This document shows positions 29,098 through 38,382 of a stretch of 64,000 nt of DNA, in pieces. The notes under the pieces are model-generated. The model was not told where the DNA came from. It made no database searches and saw only the letters and a list, made by a program, of their open reading frames with translations. This DNA is from an uncultured delta proteobacterium (GTDB lineage Bacteria; Myxococcota; Kuafuiibacteriia; Kuafuiibacteriales; Kuafuiibacteriaceae), in NCBI GenBank assembly GCA_963803435.1, contig CAWDML010000001.1, positions 2,848,001-2,912,000 of the forward strand. Reading direction: 5' to 3'. Numbering within the stretch: position 1 is the first letter of the stretch; every line of letters starts with the position of its first letter. Made by a program: the position numbers and the translations under genes.

Positions 29098-29867
29098 TCG
29101 CTCACCCTCGGTCGATTGATCAGCGCGGCCGCATAGCCCGCGCCGAAGCCGTTGTCGATGTTCACCACCGTCACGCCGGGCGAACAGGAGTTGAGCATCC
29201 CGAGCAGCGCCGCCACGCCGCCGAAGCTGGCGCCGAAGCCAATGCTGGTCGGCACCGCGATCACCGGCCGCGAGATCAGTCCACGCACCACGCTCGGCAG
29301 CGCGCCCTCCATCCCCGCGACGACGACCACCACCTCGGCCGCCTCGAGCTGCTCGCGCACCGCGAGCACGCGGTGGATTCCAGCCACGCCGACGTCGTCG
29401 ATCCGCTCCACCTCGTTCCCCAGCAGCTCGGCGGTCAAGGCCGCCTCCTCCGCGACCGGCCGATCCGAGGTCCCGGCGGCCACCACCGCGATCGTCCCGC
29501 GGCCCACCTTCGGCATCGCCGATCCCGCGACCAGCATGCGCGGCACCGCCAGGTACCGGGCGTGCGGCGCCACCTTCGGCACCATCATCTCGATCGCCGC
29601 CTCGGCGCTGTCGCGTTCCACGCGCGTCACGATGGCCGTGTGTCCGGCGCCGTGGATCCGCTCGACGATCCGCGCGATCTGCTCCGGCGTCTTCGAGGCG
29701 CCGTAGACGATCTCGGGCACCCCGGTCCTCAGGTGCCGGTGGTGGTCGACCTTGGCGAATCCGAGGTCCTCGAACGGGAGCGTCGCGAGGGCCTGAATGG
29801 CCTCGTCCGGAGTGGTCTCTCCACGAGCGACGCGATCGATGAGCTCACGCAAGCGTTTTGGATCCAC
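29094..29867 (-). CDS. larB: Nickel-pincer cofactor biosynthesis carboxylase LarB
   Basis: AKVDHHR, AGTSD, DVGVAGIHR, AGMEGALPS, PTSIGFG, VVNIDNGFGA. Confidence 0.96.
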   Translation of the reverse strand: MDPKRLRELIDRVARGETTPDEAIQALATLPFEDLGFAKVDHHRHLRTGVPEIVYGASKTPEQIARIVERIHGAGHTAIVTRVERDSAEAAIEMMVPKVAPHARYLAVPRMLVAGSAMPKVGRGTIAVVAAGTSDRPVAEEAALTAELLGNEVERIDDVGVAGIHRVLAVREQLEAAEVVVVVAGMEGALPSVVRGLISRPVIAVPTSIGFGASFGGVAALLGMLNSCSPGVTVVNIDNGFGAGYAAALINRPRVSE

Positions 29868-29873
29868 GAGGCG

Positions 29874-29901
29874 ACGTTGGTCGAAAAGCCCAGAAGGTCA
29901 A
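29874..29901 (-). promoter_or_regulatory. Inverted repeat overlapping the putative leaderless larB promoter
   Basis: TCGAAAAGCC...GGCTTTCGA inverted repeat near 29881-29910; minus strand has TTGACC upstream and CAACGT 6 nt before GTG. Confidence 0.35.
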
Positions 29902-30008
29902 GGCTTTCGAGCGCAGGATGGCCGGAGAGCACACCGAGCAGCACCACGAGACTCCAGCTCAGGACGTTCTCCCCCACTCACCCGCTTGGTTGCGGGGGCG
30001 GCGGATTT

Positions 30009-30701
30009 TTATGGGCAGTCGGCGGCACGCACGCAGATCCGGCTGCTCTCGCGGCCGGTGAAGCGCAGGAACGTGTCTCCGGCGTCGTCGTTGGGGATCT
30101 CGACGTAGTCCATGATGAAGCCGTTGGGCGGGATCACGGTCGAGGTGGACGAGGTGAAGATGAACGGCATCAGGTCCTGATCGCGCGTGTCGTCGCGGGG
30201 GTCCGGCGTCCCCACCGGCAGATTGGCGAACCCGCACACGATCTCGCTGGCGTTGCAGGTGACCGACCCGTGCGAGTGATACCCGGCGATCGGGGTCGAC
30301 CACGCGATCGCCCGGCCGTCGAACGTACCGCCGGCGACGCCGCACTCGACGGGTCCGGACTCCATCGTGATGTCGGTGTGTACGTCGGAGACGGTGAAGT
30401 CGAGCTTGAGCGTGTACTCGCGCATCGCCACAGCGCCACGGCCGAGATCGCCGCCGTCGTCGGGGAACGCCAGCCGGAGGTGTCCGGGGCCCACGTCTTC
30501 GGTGGCATCGCCGACGCCGAACGGCGTGCCGCGGATGTCGAACTGGGCCGGCATCAGATCGTAGTCGACGACCCAGGTCTCGCAGACCGAGGTGTCACCG
30601 CCATCGGGCGTGCCCGAGTCGGGGACCATGGCGGTGTCGTCGCCGTTGTCCCCGGTGCAGCCGGCGAACGCGGCCAGGGTGCAGAGAACGAGTACGCGCA
30701 C
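30009..30701 (-). CDS. Hypothetical lipoprotein
   Basis: Lipobox FAGC, PDSG/PDGG linker, GC3-biased frame. Confidence 0.72.
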   Translation of the reverse strand: MRVLVLCTLAAFAGCTGDNGDDTAMVPDSGTPDGGDTSVCETWVVDYDLMPAQFDIRGTPFGVGDATEDVGPGHLRLAFPDDGGDLGRGAVAMREYTLKLDFTVSDVHTDITMESGPVECGVAGGTFDGRAIAWSTPIAGYHSHGSVTCNASEIVCGFANLPVGTPDPRDDTRDQDLMPFIFTSSTSTVIPPNGFIMDYVEIPNDDAGDTFLRFTGRESSRICVRAADCP

Positions 30702-30707
30702 GCGTGA

Positions 30708-32003
30708 TCAATGAATCATGCGCATGGCGTTGTCATACACCCGTTTGTTCCGCCGCTCGTCCTTGGCCCGCTGCAGGTCGACGATGTCGACCAGCGCCCG
30801 CTGGAGCTCGGAGTCCGAGTACTTCTCTGCGTTCTCGCGGGTCACCTGCTCGGCCCGCTGCAGGATGGCCTGCGACCCGGCCTCGTTCCCCTGACGCGCC
30901 TCGTCGAGGGCGTCGATCGTCAGGGCGGCCGCCGCCTGCCTGGCGAACGAACGCGTCACCTCGACGTCCTCGCCCTCGGCGATCTTCTTCTCGTCGGCGG
31001 TCGAGCGGGCCGAGAGATAGAGCCGGCGCTCGAACACACCGCCGTATCGGGTGGCATCCTCGAAGGCGAGGACCGCATCCATCAGCTCGACCGCGGCCCG
31101 GTCCGCGCGCGCCGAGACCTGGAGGTTGACGAGCACGTCGCGGGTCTCCTTCTCGCCCACGTCGCCCAGCGGGATCTCGATTCCTCTCCCGACCACGACC
31201 GGGGTCCGGCCGATCACGCTTGCGATCGTCACGCCCGGCCCCGGCATCAGCTGGAGCACCGCGTTCTTGGCGACGGCCCGATCGAGCCGCAGCACCTCCT
31301 CCTTGAAGACGGCCGCGACCTTCTTGGAGTCCTCGACGAAGTGGAACTGGCCGCCCGAGCGCTGCGCGATGCCGGCCAGCAGCGTCTCGTCGAACTCGAG
31401 CCCCAGACCGAGCGCCGTGATGGGCGCGGCCTGCGCCGCCAGCGCCGAGGCCAGCGAGGCGATGGGGCCGGGATCGTTCGGGAGCCCGTCGCTCAGGAGC
31501 ACCACGCGCCGCAGCTGGTCCGGCGGCCCGTCCGCGAGCTGCGCCAGCGCCGCCGAGAGCCCACCCGCCAGATCCGTGGTGCCGTGCGCCTCGAGCGCCT
31601 CGAGCTTGCTCCGGAGCACGAGTCGGGACTTGGCGTCGATCTCCGTCGAGGGCACCAGGATGTCCGTCCGGGAGTGGAACGCGATCACGCTGATGCGATC
31701 GCCCGGCGACAGTGCGTCGACCAGCTCGCCGGCGGCCGTACGCGCGTTCGCGATCGCCTCCCCCTCCATCGAGCCGGAGGTGTCGATCACCAGCGCCAGA
31801 TGGATCGGCCGGCGGCCGTCGGTGTCGAGCGGGCGTCCTCGCACCCGGACGCGGGCGACCAGCTCCTGCGGCGCACCCGCCCGGACGAAGCGGTTCTGGA
31901 GCGCAGCGGTCAGCTCTACCAGGTTCGGATCCTTCGCGGAGGCGGCACAGCCGGCGACCACGAAGGGAAGCGCAAGATGGGTTGCGGTACGAGCGAAGCT
32001 CAT
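30708..32003 (-). CDS. VWA-domain lipoprotein (YfbK-like)
   Basis: MIDAS motif IDTSGSM, LLSDG, GLGLEFDE; lipobox VAGC. Confidence 0.88.
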   Translation of the reverse strand: MSFARTATHLALPFVVAGCAASAKDPNLVELTAALQNRFVRAGAPQELVARVRVRGRPLDTDGRRPIHLALVIDTSGSMEGEAIANARTAAGELVDALSPGDRISVIAFHSRTDILVPSTEIDAKSRLVLRSKLEALEAHGTTDLAGGLSAALAQLADGPPDQLRRVVLLSDGLPNDPGPIASLASALAAQAAPITALGLGLEFDETLLAGIAQRSGGQFHFVEDSKKVAAVFKEEVLRLDRAVAKNAVLQLMPGPGVTIASVIGRTPVVVGRGIEIPLGDVGEKETRDVLVNLQVSARADRAAVELMDAVLAFEDATRYGGVFERRLYLSARSTADEKKIAEGEDVEVTRSFARQAAAALTIDALDEARQGNEAGSQAILQRAEQVTRENAEKYSDSELQRALVDIVDLQRAKDERRNKRVYDNAMRMIH

Positions 32004-32092
32004 GGCGAGCAGGATGGCACGCGCGGCCGGCACCAAACGTAAAAGCTTCGTCAAAAGCTGAATATCCATGGTAGGCGGCGCGTCCGGAACCC

Positions 32093-32800
32093 ATGAGCAC
32101 CGCCGCTGCCTCCCTCTTCACTCTCGCCCTGATTGCCGCCGCCCCCTCCGTCGCCCGGGCGGGAGACGTCTCCGGTACGTACGACGCCGTCCATCCCCAC
32201 TGGCGCGACACCGTGACCATCAACGCCGACGGCACCTATCGCCGCGGCAACGGCGACTCCGGGCACTGGACGGTCGAAGGGGAGCTCCTGGTCCTCGGCT
32301 GGTCGAACTGGCGCCCCGAGCTGCTGCAGCAGGTCGAGCCCGGGCGGTACGTCGCCAAGAACGGCTTCACCATCGTGAAGCGAGGCCGTCGCGACGAGCA
32401 CGGTCGGCACGACGATCACGATCGCGGGCGGCACGACCGCCGGGTCGCCCCCAGAGATTGCGGTACGGGGCCCGACGATCCCGGCTGCGATCTGACCCGA
32501 CGCGATCGCTCGCCGCTCGACCGGGGCGGGTTCGAGGGCGTGATGACGGCGCTCCGCGCCCAGTCCAACGAGCTGGTCCGCAAGGACACTGCGCTCACCA
32601 TCCTCGACAAGAACCTGATCACGGCCCGCCAGTTCGGTCAGATCATCGCGCTGTTCAACAATGAGCTCACCCGGATGGACGTCGTCCGCGACCGCGCCTC
32701 GCGGATGGTCGACCCGCAGAACGCGCTCGGGTTCGCGGCCACCTTCCACAACTCGTTCACGGCCAAGGACTATGTCGAGGTGGTCTCCGCGCTCCGGTAG
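32093..32800 (+). CDS. Secreted protein with a C-terminal DUF4476-like domain
   Basis: Signal peptide; C-terminus ..ITARQ..IIALF...RMDV....MVDPQN. Confidence 0.65.
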   Translation: MSTAAASLFTLALIAAAPSVARAGDVSGTYDAVHPHWRDTVTINADGTYRRGNGDSGHWTVEGELLVLGWSNWRPELLQQVEPGRYVAKNGFTIVKRGRRDEHGRHDDHDRGRHDRRVAPRDCGTGPDDPGCDLTRRDRSPLDRGGFEGVMTALRAQSNELVRKDTALTILDKNLITARQFGQIIALFNNELTRMDVVRDRASRMVDPQNALGFAATFHNSFTAKDYVEVVSALR

Positions 32801-32804
32801 AGCC

Positions 32805-33800
32805 TCAGCGCTGGGGCTCGGACAGGCGGACCTTCCCGATCGGGAAGCTCGGCTTCTTGTTGGGATCGCAGCCAGGCCCGAAGCCGTCCGTGTCGAAGCG
32901 ATGCACCAGGCGCCCCTCCCGATCGCCGGCGCTCGCGACCACCGTTAGCTCGTGCGTCCCGGCCCGGGCCGGGCTGCAGTACGACAGGAGATAGAACTTG
33001 TGTGCGGCGGCCTCGATGATGGCCGCCACCCGGTCGAACGCCGAGCCGACGCTGGAGATGTCCTGCGCGGTCACCACGCCCGCCGTGGCGATCCGCGAGA
33101 GCTGCCCCAGATCGACCTCCCCGCCGACGCCGATGACGAACACGTTCACCTTGGCCTGATCGAGCCGCTCGAGCATCGCCGCCTGCGAGACCCGGTGCGC
33201 CCGATCCGTGCCGTCGGTGAAGATGACCAGCGTCGCGAAGCGCACCGGCTGCTTGGAGCGCTCGAGCTCCCGCTCGAGCACGTCGATCGCGTTGACGATG
33301 GCGCCGTTGAGGTTGGTCGAGGGGTCCTTGGGCTTGAAGCCCGACAGGCGCTCCAGGCTCGACTTCACCGCCGCGCCGTTCGTGGTGAAGCCGACCAGCG
33401 GGATCAGCTCCGGACGCCCGTCGAACCCGGCCACCCCCACGTGGTGGAGCTGCGTCACCTTGTCCGCGAACGAGATCGCATTCTCCTGGAGAACCGGGAG
33501 CGAGCCCGACTCGACGATGCTCCCCGAGAGATCGAGCAGCAGCATCGTGTAGTGCACGACCGAAACCTCGGGGTTGAGGATCGTCTGCTTGCTCTCGTAT
33601 GGAGAGATCAGCTCCCCGTCCTCGTAGATCCGGAACGACTCCGCGGAGAGCGCCGGCACCGGCATCCCGTCGGACGTCTCCACGGAGAAGTAGAGCGCCA
33701 CGTTGCTGGGCTTCTGCACGCTCGCGCGATGGAGGCGGACATTGAGGCCGCTACAGGCGGAGAGCAGGATCAGCGCGACCAGGGAGGCACATCCTCGCAT
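32805..33800 (-). CDS. VWA-domain lipoprotein
   Basis: LLLDLSGS, STNLNGA, VIFTDGTD, YLLSYCSPARAG; lipobox LSAC. Confidence 0.85.
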   Translation of the reverse strand: MRGCASLVALILLSACSGLNVRLHRASVQKPSNVALYFSVETSDGMPVPALSAESFRIYEDGELISPYESKQTILNPEVSVVHYTMLLLDLSGSIVESGSLPVLQENAISFADKVTQLHHVGVAGFDGRPELIPLVGFTTNGAAVKSSLERLSGFKPKDPSTNLNGAIVNAIDVLERELERSKQPVRFATLVIFTDGTDRAHRVSQAAMLERLDQAKVNVFVIGVGGEVDLGQLSRIATAGVVTAQDISSVGSAFDRVAAIIEAAAHKFYLLSYCSPARAGTHELTVVASAGDREGRLVHRFDTDGFGPGCDPNKKPSFPIGKVRLSEPQR

Positions 33801-33833
33801 CCGCCTCTACGTCGCACGTCCCGGGGTGGGCCG

Positions 33834-33903
33834 CTAGGAGCGTGTAGCGCGTAAGCGCTCACGCGACCCCGGTCCGGGTCCCGGTCCCGGTCCGGGTCCC
33901 GAT
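33834..33903 (+). repeat. Left inverted-repeat arm with six CC(C/G)GGT-type hexamers
   Basis: 64/70 identity by hand alignment to the reverse complement of 34696-34764. Confidence 0.92.
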
Positions 33904-33923
33904 CTGAAGATGGCTGCCTTGAG

Positions 33924-34300
33924 TCAGACGCTCGCGACGGTCGCGAGCTTCGATCGGTAGAGCTTGAGCAGGTTGTGGTGAGGCAGACGAGCGTCCCCTC
34001 GGCTCGTACCTTGAAGAAGGAGCGGAGCGAGAACCGGCGGAATCCTCGTGCCGCTTTGATCTGTCCGAGCGCCGGTTCGACGGACGAGGTGTTGCTGATC
34101 AGGTGCCTGGTTGCTGACCCCTTCGGCGACAATCACCTGAGCGTGCTCGCGTTCGCCTGCACCTTCGAGCCATCGAGTGCGACGTGTCCGAGCCGCACCA
34201 AACCTGCTTTTTGGCAAAGCTTCAGGACTTCGAGGAAGAGCGCTTTCAGTGCCTCCAGGTGGACGAGCCGAAACTCGTTGATCGTCGTGAAGTGGGGATG
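33924..34300 (-). pseudogene. Multiply deleted IS1182-family transposase remnant
   Basis: HPHFTTINEFR...LGHVALDGSKVQANAS | QVIVAEGVSNQAPDQQHL | VEPALGQIKAARGFRRFSLR...LVCLT-HNLLKL. Confidence 0.85.
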
Positions 34301-34321
34301 ACTTTCTCCAAGCTAGCTTGC

Positions 34322-34690
34322 ATGGTCACTTTCGATCACGAGAAGCTCGAGGTCTACCAGCTCGCCGTCGAGTAGGCCGACATCGCTGAAGAGATCGCAC
34401 AAGAACTGCAGCCCGGTCACGCTCACGTCCGCGATCAGCTTCGGCGGGCATCCGATTCCATCGTGAACTACACCGCCGAGGGCGCCGGAGAGTTCAATCC
34501 ACCTGAGAAGGCTCGCTTCTACCGGATGGCACTTCGCTCTGGCACCGAAAGCGCCGCCTCACTCCACACCTGCTTGAGGCGCCGACTCCCCAACGAGCGG
34601 AAGGTCCAAGCCGCCAGAGCCAAGCTCAAGCGCGTTGTCGAGATGCTCACGCGCCTCATCAAGTCGATGAACGCACGCCGGGCTGCATGA
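34322..34690 (+). pseudogene. Four helix bundle protein (23S rRNA IVP / TIGR02436-like) with in-frame TAG at 34373-34375
   Basis: MVTFDHEKLEVYQLAVE*ADIA...RDQLRRASDSIVNYTAEG...EKARFYRMALRSGTE...MLTRL. Confidence 0.88.
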
Positions 34691-34695
34691 TCGCC

Positions 34696-34764
34696 ATCGG
34701 GACCGGAACCGGGACCGGGACCCGGACCGGGCTCGCGGTAGCGCTACGCGCTACACGCTCCTAG
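34696..34764 (-). repeat. Right inverted-repeat arm
   Basis: Reverse complement of 33834-33903; the terminal CTAG contains the thiolase stop codon. Confidence 0.92.
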
Positions 34765-36041
34765 ACCCGCTCCATCACCGCCGCCGCGCCCAGCCCGCCG
34801 GCCGCGCAGATCCCGAGCAGCGCCAGCTCCTCGTCCCGCTCCTGGAGCTCGTACGCCATCGTCGTCACCATGCGCGCTCCGGTCGCTGCGAATGGATGAC
34901 CGATCGCCACCGAGCCGCCGTGGACGTTCAGGCGCGCAGGATCGATCTCGCCAACCGGCGTGGTCCGGTTGAGCCGAGCCTCCGCGAACGCGCTGCTCGC
35001 CAGCATCTTGAGGACGGCGAGCACCTGCGCCGCGAACGCCTCGTGGAGGTCGACCAGCCCGATGTCGCCGAGCACCAGCCCGGCCCGCTCGAGCGCCTTC
35101 GGCATCGCCAGCGCCGGACCCATCAGGAGCTGATCCGCGGGATCGACGCCGACGTACGACCAGCTGCGGAACGCCGCCAGCGGCTTCATCCCCAGCGCCT
35201 TCGCCCGGTCCTCGCTCATCAGCAGCACCGCCGAGGCGCCGTCGGTGAGCGGGCTCGAGTTGCCGGCGGTGAGCGTCCCGTCCGCCGCGAACACGGGCTT
35301 CAGCTTGGAGAGCGCCTCGACGCTGGTGTCCTTGCGGACCAAGCCGTCGGTGTGGACCCACTTGCCCTCGGGCGTCTCCACCGAGGCCACCTCGCGCGTG
35401 AACCGACCCGAGGCGATGGCGGCCGCCGCCCGGTGGTGCGACCGGACCGCGAAGTCGTCCTGCGCCTCGCGAGAGATCCCGTTACGTCGCGCCATCTCCT
35501 CCGCCGCCTCGCCCATCACCTGGCCGGTGGTGCGCTCAGCGATCTTCGGCATCCTCGGCAGCACGTCCCGGAGCGGAGTGAGCTCGCCGAGCAGGCTGAA
35601 CAGATCGGCGGGCGTCGCCTTGCCGAACGCCACCGGCGCCAGGGCGTGCACGACCTTCTGCGGCAGCTTGATCTCCGCGTTGCTGGTCGAGTCCGAGCCG
35701 CCTGCGATCACCACGTCCGACTCGCCGCGCTCGATGGCGGCCGCCGCCAGCGTGACGGCCTGCAACCCGGTGGCGCAGGCGCGGGTCACGGTCATCGCCT
35801 CGGTCTCGGGGTGGAGCTTGAGATCGAGGACGATCTCGCGGCCCACGTTGGGCGCCATCCCCGGGAGAATCACGCCGCCCCAGATCACGCCGTCGATCTC
35901 GCGCTTGGGGACCTCGGTCCGCTCGAGGAGCGCCGCCACCGCCGCGTCGCCGAGCGCGATCGTATCCATCTTGGTGAACGGGCCGAAGGCCTTCACGAAG
36001 GGCGTCCGGATGCCCCCAACCACCACTGCTCTCTTCTTCAT
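34761..36041 (-). CDS. Acetyl-CoA C-acyltransferase (FadI/FadA2-like thiolase)
   Basis: RACATG, GNSSPLTDGA, HEAFAAQ, GHPFAATG, GICAAGG. Confidence 0.95.
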   Translation of the reverse strand: MKKRAVVVGGIRTPFVKAFGPFTKMDTIALGDAAVAALLERTEVPKREIDGVIWGGVILPGMAPNVGREIVLDLKLHPETEAMTVTRACATGLQAVTLAAAAIERGESDVVIAGGSDSTSNAEIKLPQKVVHALAPVAFGKATPADLFSLLGELTPLRDVLPRMPKIAERTTGQVMGEAAEEMARRNGISREAQDDFAVRSHHRAAAAIASGRFTREVASVETPEGKWVHTDGLVRKDTSVEALSKLKPVFAADGTLTAGNSSPLTDGASAVLLMSEDRAKALGMKPLAAFRSWSYVGVDPADQLLMGPALAMPKALERAGLVLGDIGLVDLHEAFAAQVLAVLKMLASSAFAEARLNRTTPVGEIDPARLNVHGGSVAIGHPFAATGARMVTTMAYELQERDEELALLGICAAGGLGAAAVMERV

Positions 36042-36042
36042 C

Positions 36043-37473
36043 TCATGCTCCGATCATCGCCCCGCCGCACACGCGGAGGACCTGCCCCGTCAGCCCCTGC
36101 GCGCCCGGGCCGGCCAAAAAGTCGATGGTGTTGGCCACGTCGATCGGCTGGCCGCCCTGTCCCAGGTTGTTCAAGCGCCGGCCCACCTCCCGGATCGCCA
36201 CCGGGATCACCGCCGTCAGTCGCGTCTCGATGAACCCGGGCGCCACCGCGTTGACCGTGATGCCGCGATTGGCCAGCAGCCTGGCGAAGTACTTCACCAG
36301 CCCGATGACGCCGGCCTTGGAGGCCGCGTAGTTCGTCTGCCCCATGTTGCCGCCGATGCCGGCCACCGACGACAGGCACACGATCCGACCCTCGTCACGC
36401 ATCAGGCCGCCCAGCAAGCGCTCGGTGATCCGCTGCACCGCGCTCAGGTTCACCGCGATCGTCTGATCCCACAGCTCGGGCGACATCTTCTTCAACGTCT
36501 TGTCCCGCGTGATGCCCGCGTTGTGGACGACGATGTCGACGCCGCCGTACTCCGCCTTCAAGAACTCAGCGATCTGATCGGCCGCCGTCGTCTCGCTCAC
36601 GTCGACCAGGAACAGGCCGCCGTGGATCTCCCGCGCGAGCTGGCTGGTGGGGCCGTCGTCCTGCGGCCGATCGAGGCAGACCACCCGCGCGCCTTGCGAC
36701 GCCAGCTGCCGCGCCGTGGCCGCGCCGATCCCTCGGGCTGCACCGGTGACCACCGCGATCTTGCCCTCGAGCGGCTCGGTCCAGCGCACGGGATGGGAGA
36801 GCGGCCGCGCCTGATCCGTCACGTTCAGCGGCTGGCCGGAGACGTACGCCGAGCGCTCGGAGAGCAGGAACCTGAGCGGCCCTGCGATCCGATCCTCGGC
36901 CTCCGGAGCGACGCGGAGGAGCTGCGCTGTCCCGCCCTGCTTGCCGATCTCCTTGGCCAGGCTGCGCACGAAGCCGTCGACGGCCGAGTTCGCTGCAGCC
37001 GCCTCAGAGGTCGACTCGTCGCCCGTCGGCCGCGCGACCACCACAATCCGCCCGCAGCGCTCGAGCCGCGGCACGGTCGCGTGGAAGAAGTCGTAGAGGT
37101 GCCGGAGGGAGCCCGAGGTCTTGACCTCGGTCGCGTCGAAGACCAGGCCGAAGAAACGGTCGGCACCCTCGAGATCGAGGTCCGCGGGCGGCCGCCCGAA
37201 CGCCTCCCCCGGCTTCTTGAACAGCTCCATGATCCCGGCGCGGCGCTCCACGTGCGGATCGGCGCCGGCCTCGGCGAGCGCCTGGGCCAGCCGGCCGGCA
37301 ATCCGGCTCTCCGGGGAGGTGTAGATGCCCACCGACCGATCCTTGAGCGGCCGCTCCCGCGCCGGGCCCTGATCGCGCGCCAGCTCCTGGGGCATCGGGA
37401 TGGGGAGGCCGAGGTTCTCGATGAATCGGCGCGCCCCTGGGTTCTTTGAGAGCTCGAGAAGAAAGTCGCTCAT
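36043..37473 (-). CDS. Long-form 3-oxoacyl-ACP/CoA reductase (FabG4-like)
   Basis: N-terminal pseudo-SDR domain, TGAARGIG, NAGITRD, YAASK. Confidence 0.92.
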   Translation of the reverse strand: MSDFLLELSKNPGARRFIENLGLPIPMPQELARDQGPARERPLKDRSVGIYTSPESRIAGRLAQALAEAGADPHVERRAGIMELFKKPGEAFGRPPADLDLEGADRFFGLVFDATEVKTSGSLRHLYDFFHATVPRLERCGRIVVVARPTGDESTSEAAAANSAVDGFVRSLAKEIGKQGGTAQLLRVAPEAEDRIAGPLRFLLSERSAYVSGQPLNVTDQARPLSHPVRWTEPLEGKIAVVTGAARGIGAATARQLASQGARVVCLDRPQDDGPTSQLAREIHGGLFLVDVSETTAADQIAEFLKAEYGGVDIVVHNAGITRDKTLKKMSPELWDQTIAVNLSAVQRITERLLGGLMRDEGRIVCLSSVAGIGGNMGQTNYAASKAGVIGLVKYFARLLANRGITVNAVAPGFIETRLTAVIPVAIREVGRRLNNLGQGGQPIDVANTIDFLAGPGAQGLTGQVLRVCGGAMIGA

Positions 37474-38380
37474 GCGTCCGCTCCGTTTCCTCGCTTCAGT
37501 CCGTACGTCCCGACCAGGTAGGCCGGGCCGCCCGGGGCGTCTCCCACGAAGACGCCGTCGTTGTCGTCGACGTACAGGCCCACCTTGGCGGGCAAGAGCA
37601 GCGGCCGCGTGAACTTCACGTCCATCACGGCGATGCGCGTCCCCGGTGCGACCACCACGTTGTTCAGGCCCTCCATCGCCCGCGCCATGGTGGCGAAGCC
37701 GTGGAGGATCGTGCTCTTGAATCCGGAAGCCCGGGCGTACGCCGGGATCCAGTGGATCGGGTTGAAGTCGCCGGTGAGCTTGGCGAAGTCGAGCCCCGCG
37801 TCACGCCGGATGCGGCCGAACCAATCTCACGCGCGTGCAAGGGAACCTGCGGTTTGGCCTTCGGTTTCTCGCCGTCGCGCCGCTTCAGCGGGACGATCGC
37901 ATACAGGTGCGCCGTGAGCGCGTCGGGGGCGCTCGCAGTCGAGGTCACCAGCTCCTGGTGGAGCACCGCGCGGTAGCCGTCGTCGTCGATGTCGACCAGG
38001 CGGCCGCGAACCAGCAGCGGCTCGTCGATGGGCAGCGCCTTCGCGATCTCGAGGCGGCAGCCGCCGTTGACCACCTTCACCAGCGGGTACGGGATCCCTT
38101 CGAGCGTCTTCGACGCGATGGGGAACGTCCACTGCGGGAAGAGGTGGGGCGGCAAGGTCCGCTTGTATCGCGCCGGGTCGCCGCCGACGTTCTTCACGTA
38201 GTCCCGCACCAGGTCGCGGGGCCGGGGCGGCACCTGCGAAGTGATCTCGGCGCCCGGAAGCTCGAGCGCTTTCGCCACGCCGTTCAGGCCGATCTGCTCC
38301 TTCATCGCGGCCAGCGCCGCGCGACCGAGCGCGGCCAGCACCGGCCCTTGCTGAAGCACGTGCTTGTTCGAAACCGTCAT
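37470..38380 (-). CDS. MaoC/HtdX-like double hot-dog dehydratase (frameshift near 37820)
   Basis: After the frame change reads DFAKLTGDFNPIHW...ILHGF (hydratase-2 motif). Confidence 0.82.
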
Positions 38381-38382
38381 GT

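Larger units (their letters stand above)
33838..34760. mobile_element. Non-autonomous cassette with terminal inverted repeats and CTAG flanks
   Basis: CTAG|GAGCGTGTAGCGCGTA ... TACGCGCTACACGCTC|CTAG; contains an IS1182 remnant and a four-helix-bundle gene; lower GC inside. Confidence 0.75.

Noticed and set aside
33868-33903. CRISPR array
   Set aside because: Contiguous hexamers without spacers, no cas genes; part of the cassette inverted repeat
34373-34375. Pyrrolysine or reassigned UAG
   Set aside because: TAG terminates other genes here (32800, 34761, 42051, 56495) and no pyl genes are seen
34322-34690. Avd of a diversity-generating retroelement
   Set aside because: Same fold family, but no reverse transcriptase or TR/VR repeat pair is present in the window
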